A stretch of 64,000 nucleotides of DNA from an uncultured Parachlamydiaceae bacterium (GCA_963752155.1 CAVVXH010000010.1:224001-288000), one strand, 5' to 3'. Counted from the first letter of the stretch, positions 1-10,733 are shown. Numbers and translations: made by a program. The notes: generated from the sequence alone by a model not told the origin.

Positions 1-240
1 TATAAGAAAAATTCTCTGGATAAGATTACCACTCAATGGATCTCGATTTGAAGATGGAGCGCTTGATTTTAGGAAAGAAATTCCATCATAGCAATTATAC
101 TTGTTCTGATCGAATTGTGTGATAGCAAAGAGATAATAAGGTGAAAATTTTTGAGCGATCTCAAAAATTGATTTCCATGTAATTTGAGTGAAAGGGACAA
201 TTCCATTTGGAGAGATTTTTATATCATCAATCTTTAACAT
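1..240 (-). CDS. Hypothetical protein, 5' part (runs off the window)
   Basis: Read by hand: ATG at 240 preceded by GAGGA, 80 open codons to the window edge (MLKIDDIKISPNGIVPFTQ...). Confidence 0.55.
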   Translation of the reverse strand, partial: MLKIDDIKISPNGIVPFTQITWKSIFEIAQKFSPYYLFAITQFDQNKYNCYDGISFLKSSAPSSNRDPLSGNLIQRIFLI

Positions 241-320
241 TTTATCCTCACTTTTTATTTATTGATAATTATAATAAATTAAGGATTATATAGCAATTCT
301 TAAATGAAGGAATAACCATA

Positions 321-354
321 AAAATTGCGAAAATTGTAGCTCATCATTCCGATG
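321..354 (+). repeat. Left fragment of dispersed repeat family R (AAATTGCGCAAATTGTAGCTCATCATTCCGATG)
   Basis: Matches copies at 13036, 27594 and 29020; an inverted copy lies at 1176-1240. Confidence 0.8.
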
Positions 355-450
355 CATACGCACCAGGATAAGGATAAGGATAAGGATAAGGATAAGGAAT
401 AAGAAAATTGAAATTTTATTTCCTTATCCTGAATCCTGATGCGTATGCAT
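352..450. repeat. Palindromic element with (GGATAA)n arm
   Basis: ATGCATACGCACCAGGAT...ATCCTGATGCGTATGCAT inverted ends enclosing about 5 GGATAA units and a TTATCC. Confidence 0.8.
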
Positions 451-632
451 TTCGAGTATACAGCTTGACACGTTCTGTTGCTACTGTGGATCAACGGTAA
501 AAACGATAAAAACGATAAAAACGATAAGAACGATAGAAACGATAAGAACGATAAGAACGATAGAAACGATAAGAACGATAGAAACGATAAGAACAATAAA
601 AACGATAAGAACGATAAAAAACTATAAAAACG

Positions 633-812
633 ATGGAAGAAGTCTGGTTGTAGGAAAAACGGTAATCGTGGAATTAAAATGTTGTAAAAGTTTGGTTCGC
701 GAACATCAGGCGCAATTATTCAACTATTTAAAAGTTCTCAACTTTAAATTGGTTTGTTAGTAAATTTCCGGCATAGGAAATTACTGCAAAGCAATGAGGA
801 CTCGACTAATCT
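633..812 (+). pseudogene. Internally deleted GxxExxY-family gene
   Basis: ATGGAAGAAG is joined directly to TCTGGTTGTAGGAAAAAC...; closely matches the start and 3' half of 52674-53099, with about 200 bp missing plus small indels. Confidence 0.85.
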
Positions 813-945
813 AATCTCCTTTCTTCAAATAAAATTGAGAATTGTGATAGCGCGCTTTTCCACCCTTTTATTGGCATTACTGTCCACTTTTCTGATAATC
901 CCGCAACAGCAAGAAAAAGCAGTTTAAAAAGGGAAATCTGTGAGG
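806..945 (-). pseudogene. C-terminal remnant resembling an IS256-family transposase
   Basis: SLFKLLFLAVAGLSEKWTVMPIKGWKSALSQFSILFEERR resembles the IS256 C-terminal pattern KLLYLA...KKWTMPI.NWK.AL.QF.I.FE.R. Confidence 0.55.
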
Positions 946-1175
946 CAGTCTCCCACACATTTTTATCGTTCTTATCGTTCTTATCGTTTTTATCGTTCTT
1001 ATCGTTCTTATCGTTTTTATCGTTCTTATCGTTCTTATCGTTCTTATCGTTTTGTTTTATCGTTCTTATCGTTCTTATCCTTCTTATCGTCTTTATCGTT
1101 GTATCGTTTGCATCGTTGATTTCGTCTACATAAAAAAACATATCCCGACAACGTCGTGAATGCGTGTTAATGTTA

Positions 1176-1240
1176 ATGAGCTACAATTTGCGTAATTTCT
1201 TAGCTGTTGCGATTTTACAAAGTAGTTTAGACTATTTAGA
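1176..1240 (-). repeat. Inverted fragment of repeat family R
   Basis: ATGAGCTACAATTTGCGTAATTTCTTAGCTGTT matches 29216-29248. Confidence 0.8.
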
Positions 1241-1344
1241 CCCGTTGTGTCTTTCGGGTCCCTAACATTTAATTGGCTTCTGTGATATAATTAGATAAGA
1301 GGTTTGAGTATAGATCTATGTAAAATTCATATTTATCTTAACCA

Positions 1345-4300
1345 TTGAGCAGAAATCGTATGGAATTGCCAGAAACATTAAAACCTTTTGAACTAGAGGC
1401 CAAAGAGTATCTTGTAAAGGGCTTGATCGGAGAGATAGAATTTTCTGGTGCAACTTATCAAGTTGCCGTGCGAGATCCCGATTCAGGACAAGAAGTCTGG
1501 ACTTTTTTACAACTCACTCCCGAAGGTGACTTAAACGATTATTTCTGCGATGTTGAGGAAGAGGAAGAACTTGCTCCCTGCGTTCACCTTTGTGCTGCAT
1601 ATCTTCGCATTTACAATGGCTATATTCTGCCACTTCATCGTCGATTTGAGAGATCTCTTTGGAATGAACTAGGACGCCTTTTTGCAGACCGCCTCGGTGA
1701 TGATCCTAAAATTTTAAGGAAAGAAGGCCCAGGTAATTACACCTCTCATTCAGTAGGTGGAAAGCTACTCTTTGAAATTAAAGCCAAAAATTCTGAAACT
1801 TCTAGTTTGCTTAAAGGATTATTTGAAAGGCGTCGTTCTGATACCGAAGAAACTTCTCTAAAATTTTCCAATCTTTCTCAAGAAGAAATTAAGATGTGGC
1901 GCGAAGGGCACCCAAGTCCTCTTTTAAGGTACGATCTTTCCTTTTGGAGTGATTTGGCGAAATATCTAATGCTTTTACAAGATTCCGGTAAATCGTATCG
2001 TATTAAGTATCGCTACTCATCAAAAAAAATACCCAATGAAATAGCGGTTTCTTTTGATGCATTAACGCTAAAATTTTATATTTCCGAAGCAAACCTCGCT
2101 TCTATAATCCCTACTTTGGTGACCGTTAAAAGTCCTCTCAAAGTCTATGACGCCCCAGAAGAAGAAATCAAAAAAATCGTTTATGATAAAAAAAATGGTT
2201 GTTTCAACGTAGAAGCAAGTTTTTCTTCGAATAATTCCTCCCCACATGAAGTGAGAACGCAACGAAAAAACATAGGCATCGTCCTAGACCAATGGGTTTT
2301 TGTGCCGATGGACGGATTTTATGCTAAAGAACCCCACTGGCTTCTTTCTAAACAAAAAATTGCTGGATCGGAAATTTCAGATCTCCTAGCTCATAATTTT
2401 TCCTTGATCAATAAGCTTTTGGAGGGGGCAGTTCTCCATGATGGGGTCGTCCAGGCTTCTTATACTCTAGCTTTTGATAGCGAATGGAATTTGCATATCA
2501 CTTGTTATGTATTTACACCAGGCGATCTAAGTTTTCCTGATTCTCGTTTTTTCGGAGAATGGGTTTACATAGACGATGATGGCTTTTATCCTCTCGAAGG
2601 AGCTCTCTTTCCAGACGTCGAGACCGTCGTAACCGTTGAAAATATTTCTGATTTTATCACAAAAAATAAAGCTTGGTTAAATTATCAAGAAGGTTTCCAC
2701 GTCCATCCCGCCGGGATTGAAGCTCAGTTGACCTATGAAGTTAGCAAAGAGGGGCGTCTAAGTTTTATTGGACAGCTTGATGTTAAAGAAAGTGCAGGTG
2801 AAAGTAAAGATTTTGGTTCTTGGGTTTATTTGGCCGGAAAAGGTTTTTATTCTAAAGAAAGTTCCTCAGTGTTGCAGCTGCGGGCAGGCATGAGTTTCTT
2901 ACGCAATCAGATCCCATTTTTTATTAAAATGAATCGTGATGAACTTCAGCTTGTTCATGGGTTTTTTGGTAAGAGCTCTCCATTAGTGAAAATTCAATTG
3001 GATATCGAACTGGATAAATATAACGTGATCGTTGTGAACCCAGTCTATGAATTAAAGCAAGAGTATCTTGATAAGAACGTCCAATTTTTCGATGATATTA
3101 CGTATGTCCCAAATGAAGGATTTTATGAATTTCCCCTTGAATTTCATCTTCCCGAGCGCTACAGCCACCATGTTGAAATTGAACCTGATCAAGTTGAATA
3201 TTTTTTGTATCAAGAGGTTCCTGTTCTTGAACCCTATATAAAGTCAATTGACTTCAGGCTCGTCAAGCCTAGTCATTTGGAACTTATTTCTATAGATTTA
3301 GATAAACAAAAAGAACCAGGTAGTTCTTTAGAATATGTGACTGAATTGAAGTATCAAAGTAATATAGGAGTTGTCAACGTCGTTGATTTATGGAGTGCTA
3401 TAAAAAAGAAGCGAAAATTTTTGTATTCATCTGCAGGATTATTGAATCTTCAAGATAAACGTTTTGACTGGCTGCGTTGGCTTCCTAAAGATCAAGTCGA
3501 TACACAAAAAGGATTTATAAAGCTATCGACAATTGAATTGATGCGTTTATACGCTATTGATGAAATTACAATTCAAGATGTCAAAACTGAAAGACAAAAG
3601 AAATCACTTGCTCTTTTGCAAGCTTTAGTGGATTTAAAACCTCCTGAAGAACCAAATCTTACGGGCCTCACTAGCGCTCTTCGTCCTTATCAAAAGTTAG
3701 GTGTTGATTGGCTTTGGTTTTTGTATCACCATGGCCTCTCAGGATTGCTTTGTGATGATATGGGGCTTGGGAAGACACATCAAACCATGGCTTTGATTGC
3801 AGCATTATTCAATGCTAAAAATCAAGAGGAGCGAAGTGGTCCTTTGCATGTTTTAGTCGTTTGCCCTACGTCCGTGATTTATCACTGGCAAGAAAAGTTA
3901 GCTGCACATTTGCCGAATGCACGCGTTTATACTTTTTATGGTGCAGATCGTACTCTGAAAGGATTTCACGAAGAGTATGATATTTTACTGACCTCCTATG
4001 GTATCTCACGCATTGAAAGTGAACACTTGGAGAAAATCCCCTTTGAGCTTGCTGTTTATGACGAAGTGCAATTAGCAAAAAATCACAATAGTCGTCTTTA
4101 TGCTACCTTGGTAGGAATCAACGCCAAGATGCGGCTTGGATTGACGGGAACGCCTATTGAAAATCATTTGCGTGAACTCAAGGCTCTTTTTGATATCGTT
4201 TTGCCTTTGTATATGCCCAGCGAGGTAGATTACAGAGACTATTTTGTTAAACCGATTGAAAAAGAGCTCGATAGTAATCGGAAAAAGCTTTTATCGCGAA

Positions 4301-5109
4301 TGATTAAACCTTTTGTCATGCGTCGGAGAAAAGAAGAGGTTTTGGAAGACTTGCCTGGTAAAATTGAAGAGGTCTCTCATTGTGATTTAACTCCGATGCA
4401 AGCTCGCCTTTATAATGATGTTTTAAGAAATGGCAAAGGGCGTCTATTAGAAGAATTGGAAGATGAGCGTATACAATTGCCTTATATCCATATTTTTGCT
4501 CTGTTGTCGGCTTTAAAGCAAGTTTGTAATCATCCGGCAGTGTATTTGAAGGCTCCGGAGAAGTATAAAAATTACACTTCTGGAAAGTGGGATCTTTTTG
4601 TTGAGCTTTTAAATGAGGCTCGTGAGAGTCGCCAGAAAATAGTTGTCTATTCACAATATTTGATGATGTTGGATATCATTGAATTCTATTTAGCTGAAAT
4701 GGGGGTAGGATATGCAACCATTCGTGGCTCAACTGTCAATCGTTCCGAGCAACTAGCTCGCTTTAAGCAAGATCCAAATTGTGAAGTATTTGTCGCTTCT
4801 CTACAGGCTGCAGGGTTGGGAATCGATTTAACTGCGGCTTCAGTGGTCATACATTACGATCGTTGGTGGAATGCTGCTCGTGAAAATCAAGCAACTGATC
4901 GGGTGCATAGAATTGGTCAAAAGAAGGGTGTGCAGGTGTTTAAATTAGTGACCAAGGATACTTTTGAAGAGCGCATTGATATCTTAATTAATCGTAAGGG
5001 TGAGCTCATGGAAGAAGTCGTAGGAGTTGATGACCATGAGATTATCAAAAAATTTACTCGCCAGGAATTAATTGAATTTCTTCAAGACAGCAAAGCTTGG
5101 GTTGAATAA
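1345..5109 (+). CDS. SNF2-family helicase with N-terminal SWIM-like region
   Basis: Motifs DDMGLGKT, DEVQ, LTGTPIEN and QATDRVHRIGQ; N-terminal C..PCVH; likely start ATG at 1360. Confidence 0.92.
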   Translation: MSRNRMELPETLKPFELEAKEYLVKGLIGEIEFSGATYQVAVRDPDSGQEVWTFLQLTPEGDLNDYFCDVEEEEELAPCVHLCAAYLRIYNGYILPLHRRFERSLWNELGRLFADRLGDDPKILRKEGPGNYTSHSVGGKLLFEIKAKNSETSSLLKGLFERRRSDTEETSLKFSNLSQEEIKMWREGHPSPLLRYDLSFWSDLAKYLMLLQDSGKSYRIKYRYSSKKIPNEIAVSFDALTLKFYISEANLASIIPTLVTVKSPLKVYDAPEEEIKKIVYDKKNGCFNVEASFSSNNSSPHEVRTQRKNIGIVLDQWVFVPMDGFYAKEPHWLLSKQKIAGSEISDLLAHNFSLINKLLEGAVLHDGVVQASYTLAFDSEWNLHITCYVFTPGDLSFPDSRFFGEWVYIDDDGFYPLEGALFPDVETVVTVENISDFITKNKAWLNYQEGFHVHPAGIEAQLTYEVSKEGRLSFIGQLDVKESAGESKDFGSWVYLAGKGFYSKESSSVLQLRAGMSFLRNQIPFFIKMNRDELQLVHGFFGKSSPLVKIQLDIELDKYNVIVVNPVYELKQEYLDKNVQFFDDITYVPNEGFYEFPLEFHLPERYSHHVEIEPDQVEYFLYQEVPVLEPYIKSIDFRLVKPSHLELISIDLDKQKEPGSSLEYVTELKYQSNIGVVNVVDLWSAIKKKRKFLYSSAGLLNLQDKRFDWLRWLPKDQVDTQKGFIKLSTIELMRLYAIDEITIQDVKTERQKKSLALLQALVDLKPPEEPNLTGLTSALRPYQKLGVDWLWFLYHHGLSGLLCDDMGLGKTHQTMALIAALFNAKNQEERSGPLHVLVVCPTSVIYHWQEKLAAHLPNARVYTFYGADRTLKGFHEEYDILLTSYGISRIESEHLEKIPFELAVYDEVQLAKNHNSRLYATLVGINAKMRLGLTGTPIENHLRELKALFDIVLPLYMPSEVDYRDYFVKPIEKELDSNRKKLLSRMIKPFVMRRRKEEVLEDLPGKIEEVSHCDLTPMQARLYNDVLRNGKGRLLEELEDERIQLPYIHIFALLSALKQVCNHPAVYLKAPEKYKNYTSGKWDLFVELLNEARESRQKIVVYSQYLMMLDIIEFYLAEMGVGYATIRGSTVNRSEQLARFKQDPNCEVFVASLQAAGLGIDLTAASVVIHYDRWWNAARENQATDRVHRIGQKKGVQVFKLVTKDTFEERIDILINRKGELMEEVVGVDDHEIIKKFTRQELIEFLQDSKAWVE

Positions 5110-5157
5110 TTTAAGTTATGCTAATGACAACCTTTGGTTGTCCTTATCTTTTTAATT

Positions 5158-5296
5158 AAACCTCTTTCGAAACTCCTTTTTTCAAATGAGACCAATCTGC
5201 AGCGCTTAGCTCCTCGGCAATAGCTTGGGCTATTACCTCGTCGCTAATCACTGCATCTTGGTCTCATTTGAAATCCTCTGCCTACGCATAGAGGTC
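5158..5296. repeat. Palindromic intergenic element
   Basis: TTTCAAATGAGACCAA...CAATAGC/GCTATT...TTGGTCTCATTTGAAA hairpin with ACCTCT/AGAGGT outer ends. Confidence 0.75.
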
Positions 5297-5530
5297 ATGT
5301 GGTCTGATGCTAAAATTAGAGAACAGGTCTTGACGATGATGCTCAAATCGAATAGATCTCTGTCAAAGCTCCATTTGAATGCTAAAATTGCCTTTTTTTT
5401 GCATCTTTATTGCTAGAATTTTTCGAGCATATGTCCTAAAATATAAAAAAGAAAAAGCAGCAGTATACATATTTTTGAAGTATAGAGATCAGGCAAAATT
5501 GACAAAAACAATATAAATGGGAAGAAGATT

Positions 5531-5830
5531 ATGGATCCAATAACTGGGGGCATCGCTATTACAACGGGCGCAAAGGTCGCAGCGGGCACAGTGGTCACCG
5601 GAGTCATCGGACTGGCGGCGTACTTGTACAGCGATAACAGCAGTTTGAGGGAAACCATAAGGAAACAGATGGAAGAGATATCACGATTGAACATGGAAAT
5701 GACTGCATCAATCGTTGTTAGTATTCTACTGGCAGGTACGCTTATGGTCATTGTGGGTTGCTATTGTAAAACGCCAATAATGAAAACTGTAAAAAGGGTA
5801 AAGCAGTGTGCTAAAGCGAGATTAGGATAA
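5531..5830 (+). CDS. Small membrane protein (TM - coiled coil - TM)
   Basis: 99 aa ORF with two hydrophobic stretches, directly upstream of the protease gene. Confidence 0.6.
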   Translation: MDPITGGIAITTGAKVAAGTVVTGVIGLAAYLYSDNSSLRETIRKQMEEISRLNMEMTASIVVSILLAGTLMVIVGCYCKTPIMKTVKRVKQCAKARLG

Positions 5831-5855
5831 TTAGAGATAGCAAGGAGAAACAACT

Positions 5856-7619
5856 ATGGCAAATCCGATTCAAAGCTCAAGAAACAAGGCTATTTATAGT
5901 GAAGAAGATGAAAGAAAAAACCTCTATAGTTTGAAAACAACTATACCGAATGAGGAACATGCGCGGATTATGAAGTCTGCGCAGAGCGTAGCTTGTATGA
6001 TCCGTATTAATTACACAGAAACCGATGATGGCGGTATTAAGTTAGAAAAAATATCAATACTTAAAGAAACGAAATTCTCCGTTCGACAACTTATTAGCAA
6101 TATGACATGCATGGAGCCCCTCGGCGAGAAGGTGCATTTTGCAAATGAGCCTAGCCTAGGATTTGGAACAGCATTTTATATTGGACATCAGTTAGCGCTT
6201 ACAGCGGCACATTGTGTTTGTAAGAAAGATACAAATTGCTTAGATGAAACTAATATTCGAGTCACTCGATTGATATTTGGCTTCGAGATGTCCGATGAAC
6301 AAACGTATCCAAATACGTTTAAGAAAAAGGATGTATATCGCATTAAAGAAGTTATTGATCATCGATATCTCAGAGCTGAGTATAATAAGGACGATTGGGC
6401 ACTAATTAAATTGGATAGGGAAGTAGAAGATAGATCACCTTTGGAGCTAGACTTTATTCATAAAGTTGTTGATAAAATCAAACTCTATATGTTAGGCCAT
6501 CCTGTGGGTTTGCCATTAAAATTTACAAGTAATGGAATAGTACAAGGTGATCTGGAAAATAAAAATTATTTTGAGGCAAGGCTTGATGCTTTTAGAGGTA
6601 ATTCAGGCTCTCCTGTCTTTGATCAAACCACACATAAGGTTGTTGGTATTCTTTTTGATGGTAATGATGACTATGAGTGGGTACAAGAAACTGGTGAAAA
6701 AAAGGTGACAGAGTACCGTCACAAAGAAGGTGACGGTTATGAAGCGTGCCAACGTATTACTTCGCTTTATCGAGTACAAGTCTATATTAAAAGTCTCAAT
6801 GAACAAAAGTTTGATGAGATTGAGATTGCATTATGGATTCAAAATCAAAAAGAAAAAATTAGTAGTGCAGAAAAGAACATCGTGGGGTTACGTGAAGAGG
6901 TGAGAGAGTTAGAAGAAGGTTATACAAAAAAGTGCTTGTGGAAGTATCCTCCGGATGGGATTGAGTCAACTCCGGAAGAAAAAGGCACAGAAAAACAAGC
7001 GAAAGATTCCGATAGAAGGATTGTTCGATATGTTCTGCTTGACAAAAAATATGAACCTAGTCCTGAGCTTAGAGAAAAAATAGAAGGTAGCAATTTTTAT
7101 ACCTTGGGATTTGCAGCTGGTGGAACTGTTGGATTTACTGCTGCTGCAGCTACTACTGCAACTTTTGCATTACCAGCTATAGCTACAGCTGGTATGGGTA
7201 GTATTGTTTCTGGCGTTCTAGGGGGTGTTGTTTCATTTGTAGCTGGTGCCATGGGAGCTGCTGGGGGAGGTTTTGGAGGTGTTGTTTCTACATCCTTTAT
7301 GCTTGGTTCACCTACTTTCTTTCACGCTGAAGGAAAGGGATATAAGCTCACAGAGATAACAAAACGTGTTCGATACAGAAAAGGCAAATACGTTTATCAA
7401 ATTACCCTCGATGGGAAAGAATCTAGGGTGGAACTTTTTGAGAATCAGCCAAATCATGAAAAGAACTCTGATTTAATCTACCAAAAAAGAACTAAAATAA
7501 AGAAAGAAGAAATGTGGATAGAGGAGGCAAACAAGTTGATAGAGGAGGCAAAAAATAGGATAAAGGGGAAAAAAGAGTGGGAAGAGAAGGTAAAAAAGTT
7601 GACAGAGGGGGAAAGTTAA
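5856..7619 (+). CDS. Trypsin-like (S1) serine protease with C-terminal coiled-coil and Gly/Ala-rich hydrophobic region
   Basis: Catalytic motifs TAAHC, DDWALIKL and GNSGSP; AGGAG RBS. Confidence 0.85.
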   Translation: MANPIQSSRNKAIYSEEDERKNLYSLKTTIPNEEHARIMKSAQSVACMIRINYTETDDGGIKLEKISILKETKFSVRQLISNMTCMEPLGEKVHFANEPSLGFGTAFYIGHQLALTAAHCVCKKDTNCLDETNIRVTRLIFGFEMSDEQTYPNTFKKKDVYRIKEVIDHRYLRAEYNKDDWALIKLDREVEDRSPLELDFIHKVVDKIKLYMLGHPVGLPLKFTSNGIVQGDLENKNYFEARLDAFRGNSGSPVFDQTTHKVVGILFDGNDDYEWVQETGEKKVTEYRHKEGDGYEACQRITSLYRVQVYIKSLNEQKFDEIEIALWIQNQKEKISSAEKNIVGLREEVRELEEGYTKKCLWKYPPDGIESTPEEKGTEKQAKDSDRRIVRYVLLDKKYEPSPELREKIEGSNFYTLGFAAGGTVGFTAAAATTATFALPAIATAGMGSIVSGVLGGVVSFVAGAMGAAGGGFGGVVSTSFMLGSPTFFHAEGKGYKLTEITKRVRYRKGKYVYQITLDGKESRVELFENQPNHEKNSDLIYQKRTKIKKEEMWIEEANKLIEEAKNRIKGKKEWEEKVKKLTEGES

Positions 7620-7669
7620 AATGACAATATTGTTAGGGCTTTTTTTCCTACTTTCTTATGATCATGAAA

Positions 7670-8026
7670 TCAGTTCTCAACGTTATCTTCCATCAAAACA
7701 TTTGCTCTTCTTCTAAGCTGTCTTGCTCTGTTTATAATTGTCATTACTGGCCTTGGATATTGTTGAGCCAAAGTCCACATAAGCACGCATGTTATTAGAA
7801 CACTAACAACCACTAATTGTATGTTTATCGTGTCCGATTGAAATATCCGATTATTCAGTTGATTTATGTGAGTGTCCTTTTGATTCATCTGATGAGATAG
7901 ATCATTTACGCGAGCAGCCTCTTGCCTTATGCGATCATCCCGTTCATTTATATCTCTTCTCAAGTTTCTGTTTTGATCCCAATAGTAGATTCCTACGAGC
8001 AACCCAACTAAATACATAATTTTCAT
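7670..8026 (-). CDS. Small membrane protein (TM - coiled coil - TM)
   Basis: 118 aa ORF with the same layout as 5531-5830. Confidence 0.6.
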   Translation of the reverse strand: MKIMYLVGLLVGIYYWDQNRNLRRDINERDDRIRQEAARVNDLSHQMNQKDTHINQLNNRIFQSDTINIQLVVVSVLITCVLMWTLAQQYPRPVMTIINRARQLRRRANVLMEDNVEN

Positions 8027-8133
8027 CCCCTTATATTGTTTTTTTCAATACTTTTGTTTGATTCCGATTGGTGTGTAACTTTGATGATTCACTTCCATCT
8101 TCGTTCAAGAAGGCAAAGATTGGGTTGAATAAT

Positions 8134-10733
8134 TTAAGTAACACTAAATGAATATCCCTTTTTAGAATGTTCAAGAGTAACTGTCGAGTCTCCAGGGATT
8201 TTTCCTTCAAGCAAGGCATTTGAAAGCATATTGACGATTTCTTGCTGAATTAATCTTTTCAATGGGCGAGCGCCGTAATACGGATCATAGCCAGCTTCAG
8301 CTAAACTGAGCGTGACTGGATGAGTCCATTTCAAAGTGATATGTCTATCTGCAAGCCTTTTCACCAGTACGTTTAATTGGATAACGACAATTTTTTCCAT
8401 GTCTTCTTTTTTCAACGGGAGGAAGGGGATAATTTCATCCAAGCGATTCAAGAAATTCCGGACGAAAATGTGCTTTTAAAATCGGATCGAGAAGATCAAG
8501 AATAGCTTCTTTAGACATCGTACGATGTTGTTCCATTTTCTCTAGAAGCTGTTGAGATCCTAAATTCGAAGTCATGATGAAAAGAGCATTTTTGCAATTG
8601 ACAGTACGTCCTTTGCTGTCGGTGATGCGCCCATCATCAAAGAGCTGGAGTAAAATATTAAACACATCGTGATGGGCTTTCTCGATCTCATCAAAAAGGA
8701 CAACGGAATAAGGACGTCTTCGCAATGCTTCTGTGAGTTGTCCTCCTTCATCATAGCCAATATACCCTGGAGGAGAACCAATCAGTTTTGAAACACTATG
8801 TTTTTCCATGTATTCAGACATGTCTAAGCGGACAAGAGCATCTTCTTTATCAAAAACTGTTCTGCTAGGGCTTTCGCCAACTCAGTTTTTCCGACGCCGG
8901 TGGGCCCCAGAAAGAGGAAAGCTCCAATGGGACGATTGGGATCGCTCAGTCCTGATCGTGAACGGCGGATCGCTTCACTGACGGCGTAGACGGCAAAATT
9001 TTGTCCGACGACACGTTTTTCAAGTTCTTTCTCGAGATCCAGGAGCTTTTTGGCTTCAGTTTCGAGCATTTTGGTCACAGGAATTCCGGTCCATTTCGAT
9101 ACAACGATGGGCAATCAGATTTTCATCGACTTCTTCTTGAAGCAGACGATTTGATTTAGTGTTGAGTTTCGTTTGCAGCTCTTCGATTTCTTTTTTGAGT
9201 TCTGGGATCTCTTTGTAGCGCAGTTGTGCCACTTGATTGTAATCGGATTTTCGTTCGTATTCTTCTTCTTTAAAGCGCAATTTTTCTAAAGTATCTTTTT
9301 TTTCCTTTATCCCTGAGATGAGTTTTTTTTCTTGTTCCCACTGTTGACTGAGCGCTGCAAGCTCTTCTTTAAGTTCTGCGATTTTACTATTAAGTTTTTC
9401 ACTTTCAGATATAGCGCTAGGGGTAGTCTTCACGTCTCAAGGCCTCTTGTTTGACAATGAGAATTCCTAATTCTCGCTCTTTTGCATCGATAGGGAGAGG
9501 TCTTGAGCCAATTTGCATCCGAATTAAGCTGGCGGCTTCATCGATAAGGTCGATGGCTTTGTCAGGTAATTGCCTATCGGGAATATAACGAATCGACAGA
9601 AATACAGCTGCATGTAGAGCTGATTCTGTAATGCGTACACCATGGTAGATTTCATATTTTTCTCTTAGCCCCCTTAGAATAGCGATACAGTCTTCTGCTG
9701 AAGGCTCATCGACAAAGATGGGCTGGAATCGACTTTCTAGTGCGGCATCTTTTTCGATATATTTTTGGTATTCACGCAAAGTTGTTGCGCCGATGCAATG
9801 CAAAGTCCCTCTTGCAAGGGCCGGTTTAAGCAAATTTGCTGCATCCATGGCTCCTTCTGTAGCACCGGCTCCAATGAGAGTGTGGACTTCATCGATGAAG
9901 AGGATGATAGCGTCCTTCGCTTTCTTCGATATCGTGTAAAATGCCTTTAAGCCGCTCTTCAAATTCTCCGCGATATTTCGTTCCGGCAATGAGGCTTCCC
10001 ATATCGAGAGACAATAATCTGCTTATTTTTTAGAGAATCAGGGATGTCACCTTGGACAATGCGTAGAGCCAATCCTTCGGCGATAGCTGTTTTACCTACT
10101 CCTGGTTCTCCTATCAGCATGGGATTATTTTTTGTGCGTCGGCTTAGCACTTGCATGGTGCGGCGGATCTCTTCATCGCGTCCAATGACTGGATCGAGCT
10201 TTCCGTCTTTAGCTAAACCTGTTAAATTTTTGCAATATTTTTCAAGTGTTTGCAAGCTTGCTTCAGCGGCAGGGGAGTCCATATGACGATTTCCTCGAAT
10301 TTTTTTAATTTGTTCTTCGACTTGCTTTAGCAGAAAGACCAGATTGACTTTTCCAACTAGCAAAAGGCTCTCCACCATTTTTCCAGTAGGAAAGCAAAAA
10401 GTGATCGCTGCTAGTGAATGAATCTTTCCATTTTTCTGCAATGGTTTGGGCATCTGCAATTCGGCTTGATAGATTGCGAGAGGGCGTTGGAGTGGTTAGC
10501 TCTTCACCCATTAAAGTGGGTAACCGCTTGAGGTCTTGATTGACGCTTTCGATTAATTTTTGCGGCTGAGTATTCAGATTGAGCAAAAATGAAAAAAATA
10601 AGCCTTCAGGATCGTTAAGAAATGCCTTAAGCAGGTGATTTTCTGTTATTTCTGTATTTTTTTGTTCTTGTGCTAATCTATAGGCTTCTTGAAGTGCTTG
10701 TGTGGTAGCGTCTGTAAAGTTATGTTGAGCCAT
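8134..10733 (-). CDS. clpB: ATP-dependent chaperone ClpB, split by several frameshifts
   Basis: Consecutive fragments: Clp N domain, [14 protein letters not shown], long coiled-coil middle domain, [15 protein letters not shown]. Confidence 0.9.

Larger units (their letters stand above)
471..1132 (+). mobile_element. Degenerate copy of the GxxExxY / inverted 9-bp array element
   Basis: (AACGATAAR)x~15 at 493-632 and (YTTATCGTT)x~17 at 961-1117; both outer flanks match those of the 52512-53395 element in the opposite orientation. Confidence 0.8.

Noticed and set aside
300..596. ORF with (FLS)n repeats
   Set aside because: Product of a stop-free 9-bp DNA repeat; no independent coding evidence
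806..1141. 111-aa ORF with (NDK)n
   Set aside because: Chimera of array read-through and an IS256-like fragment
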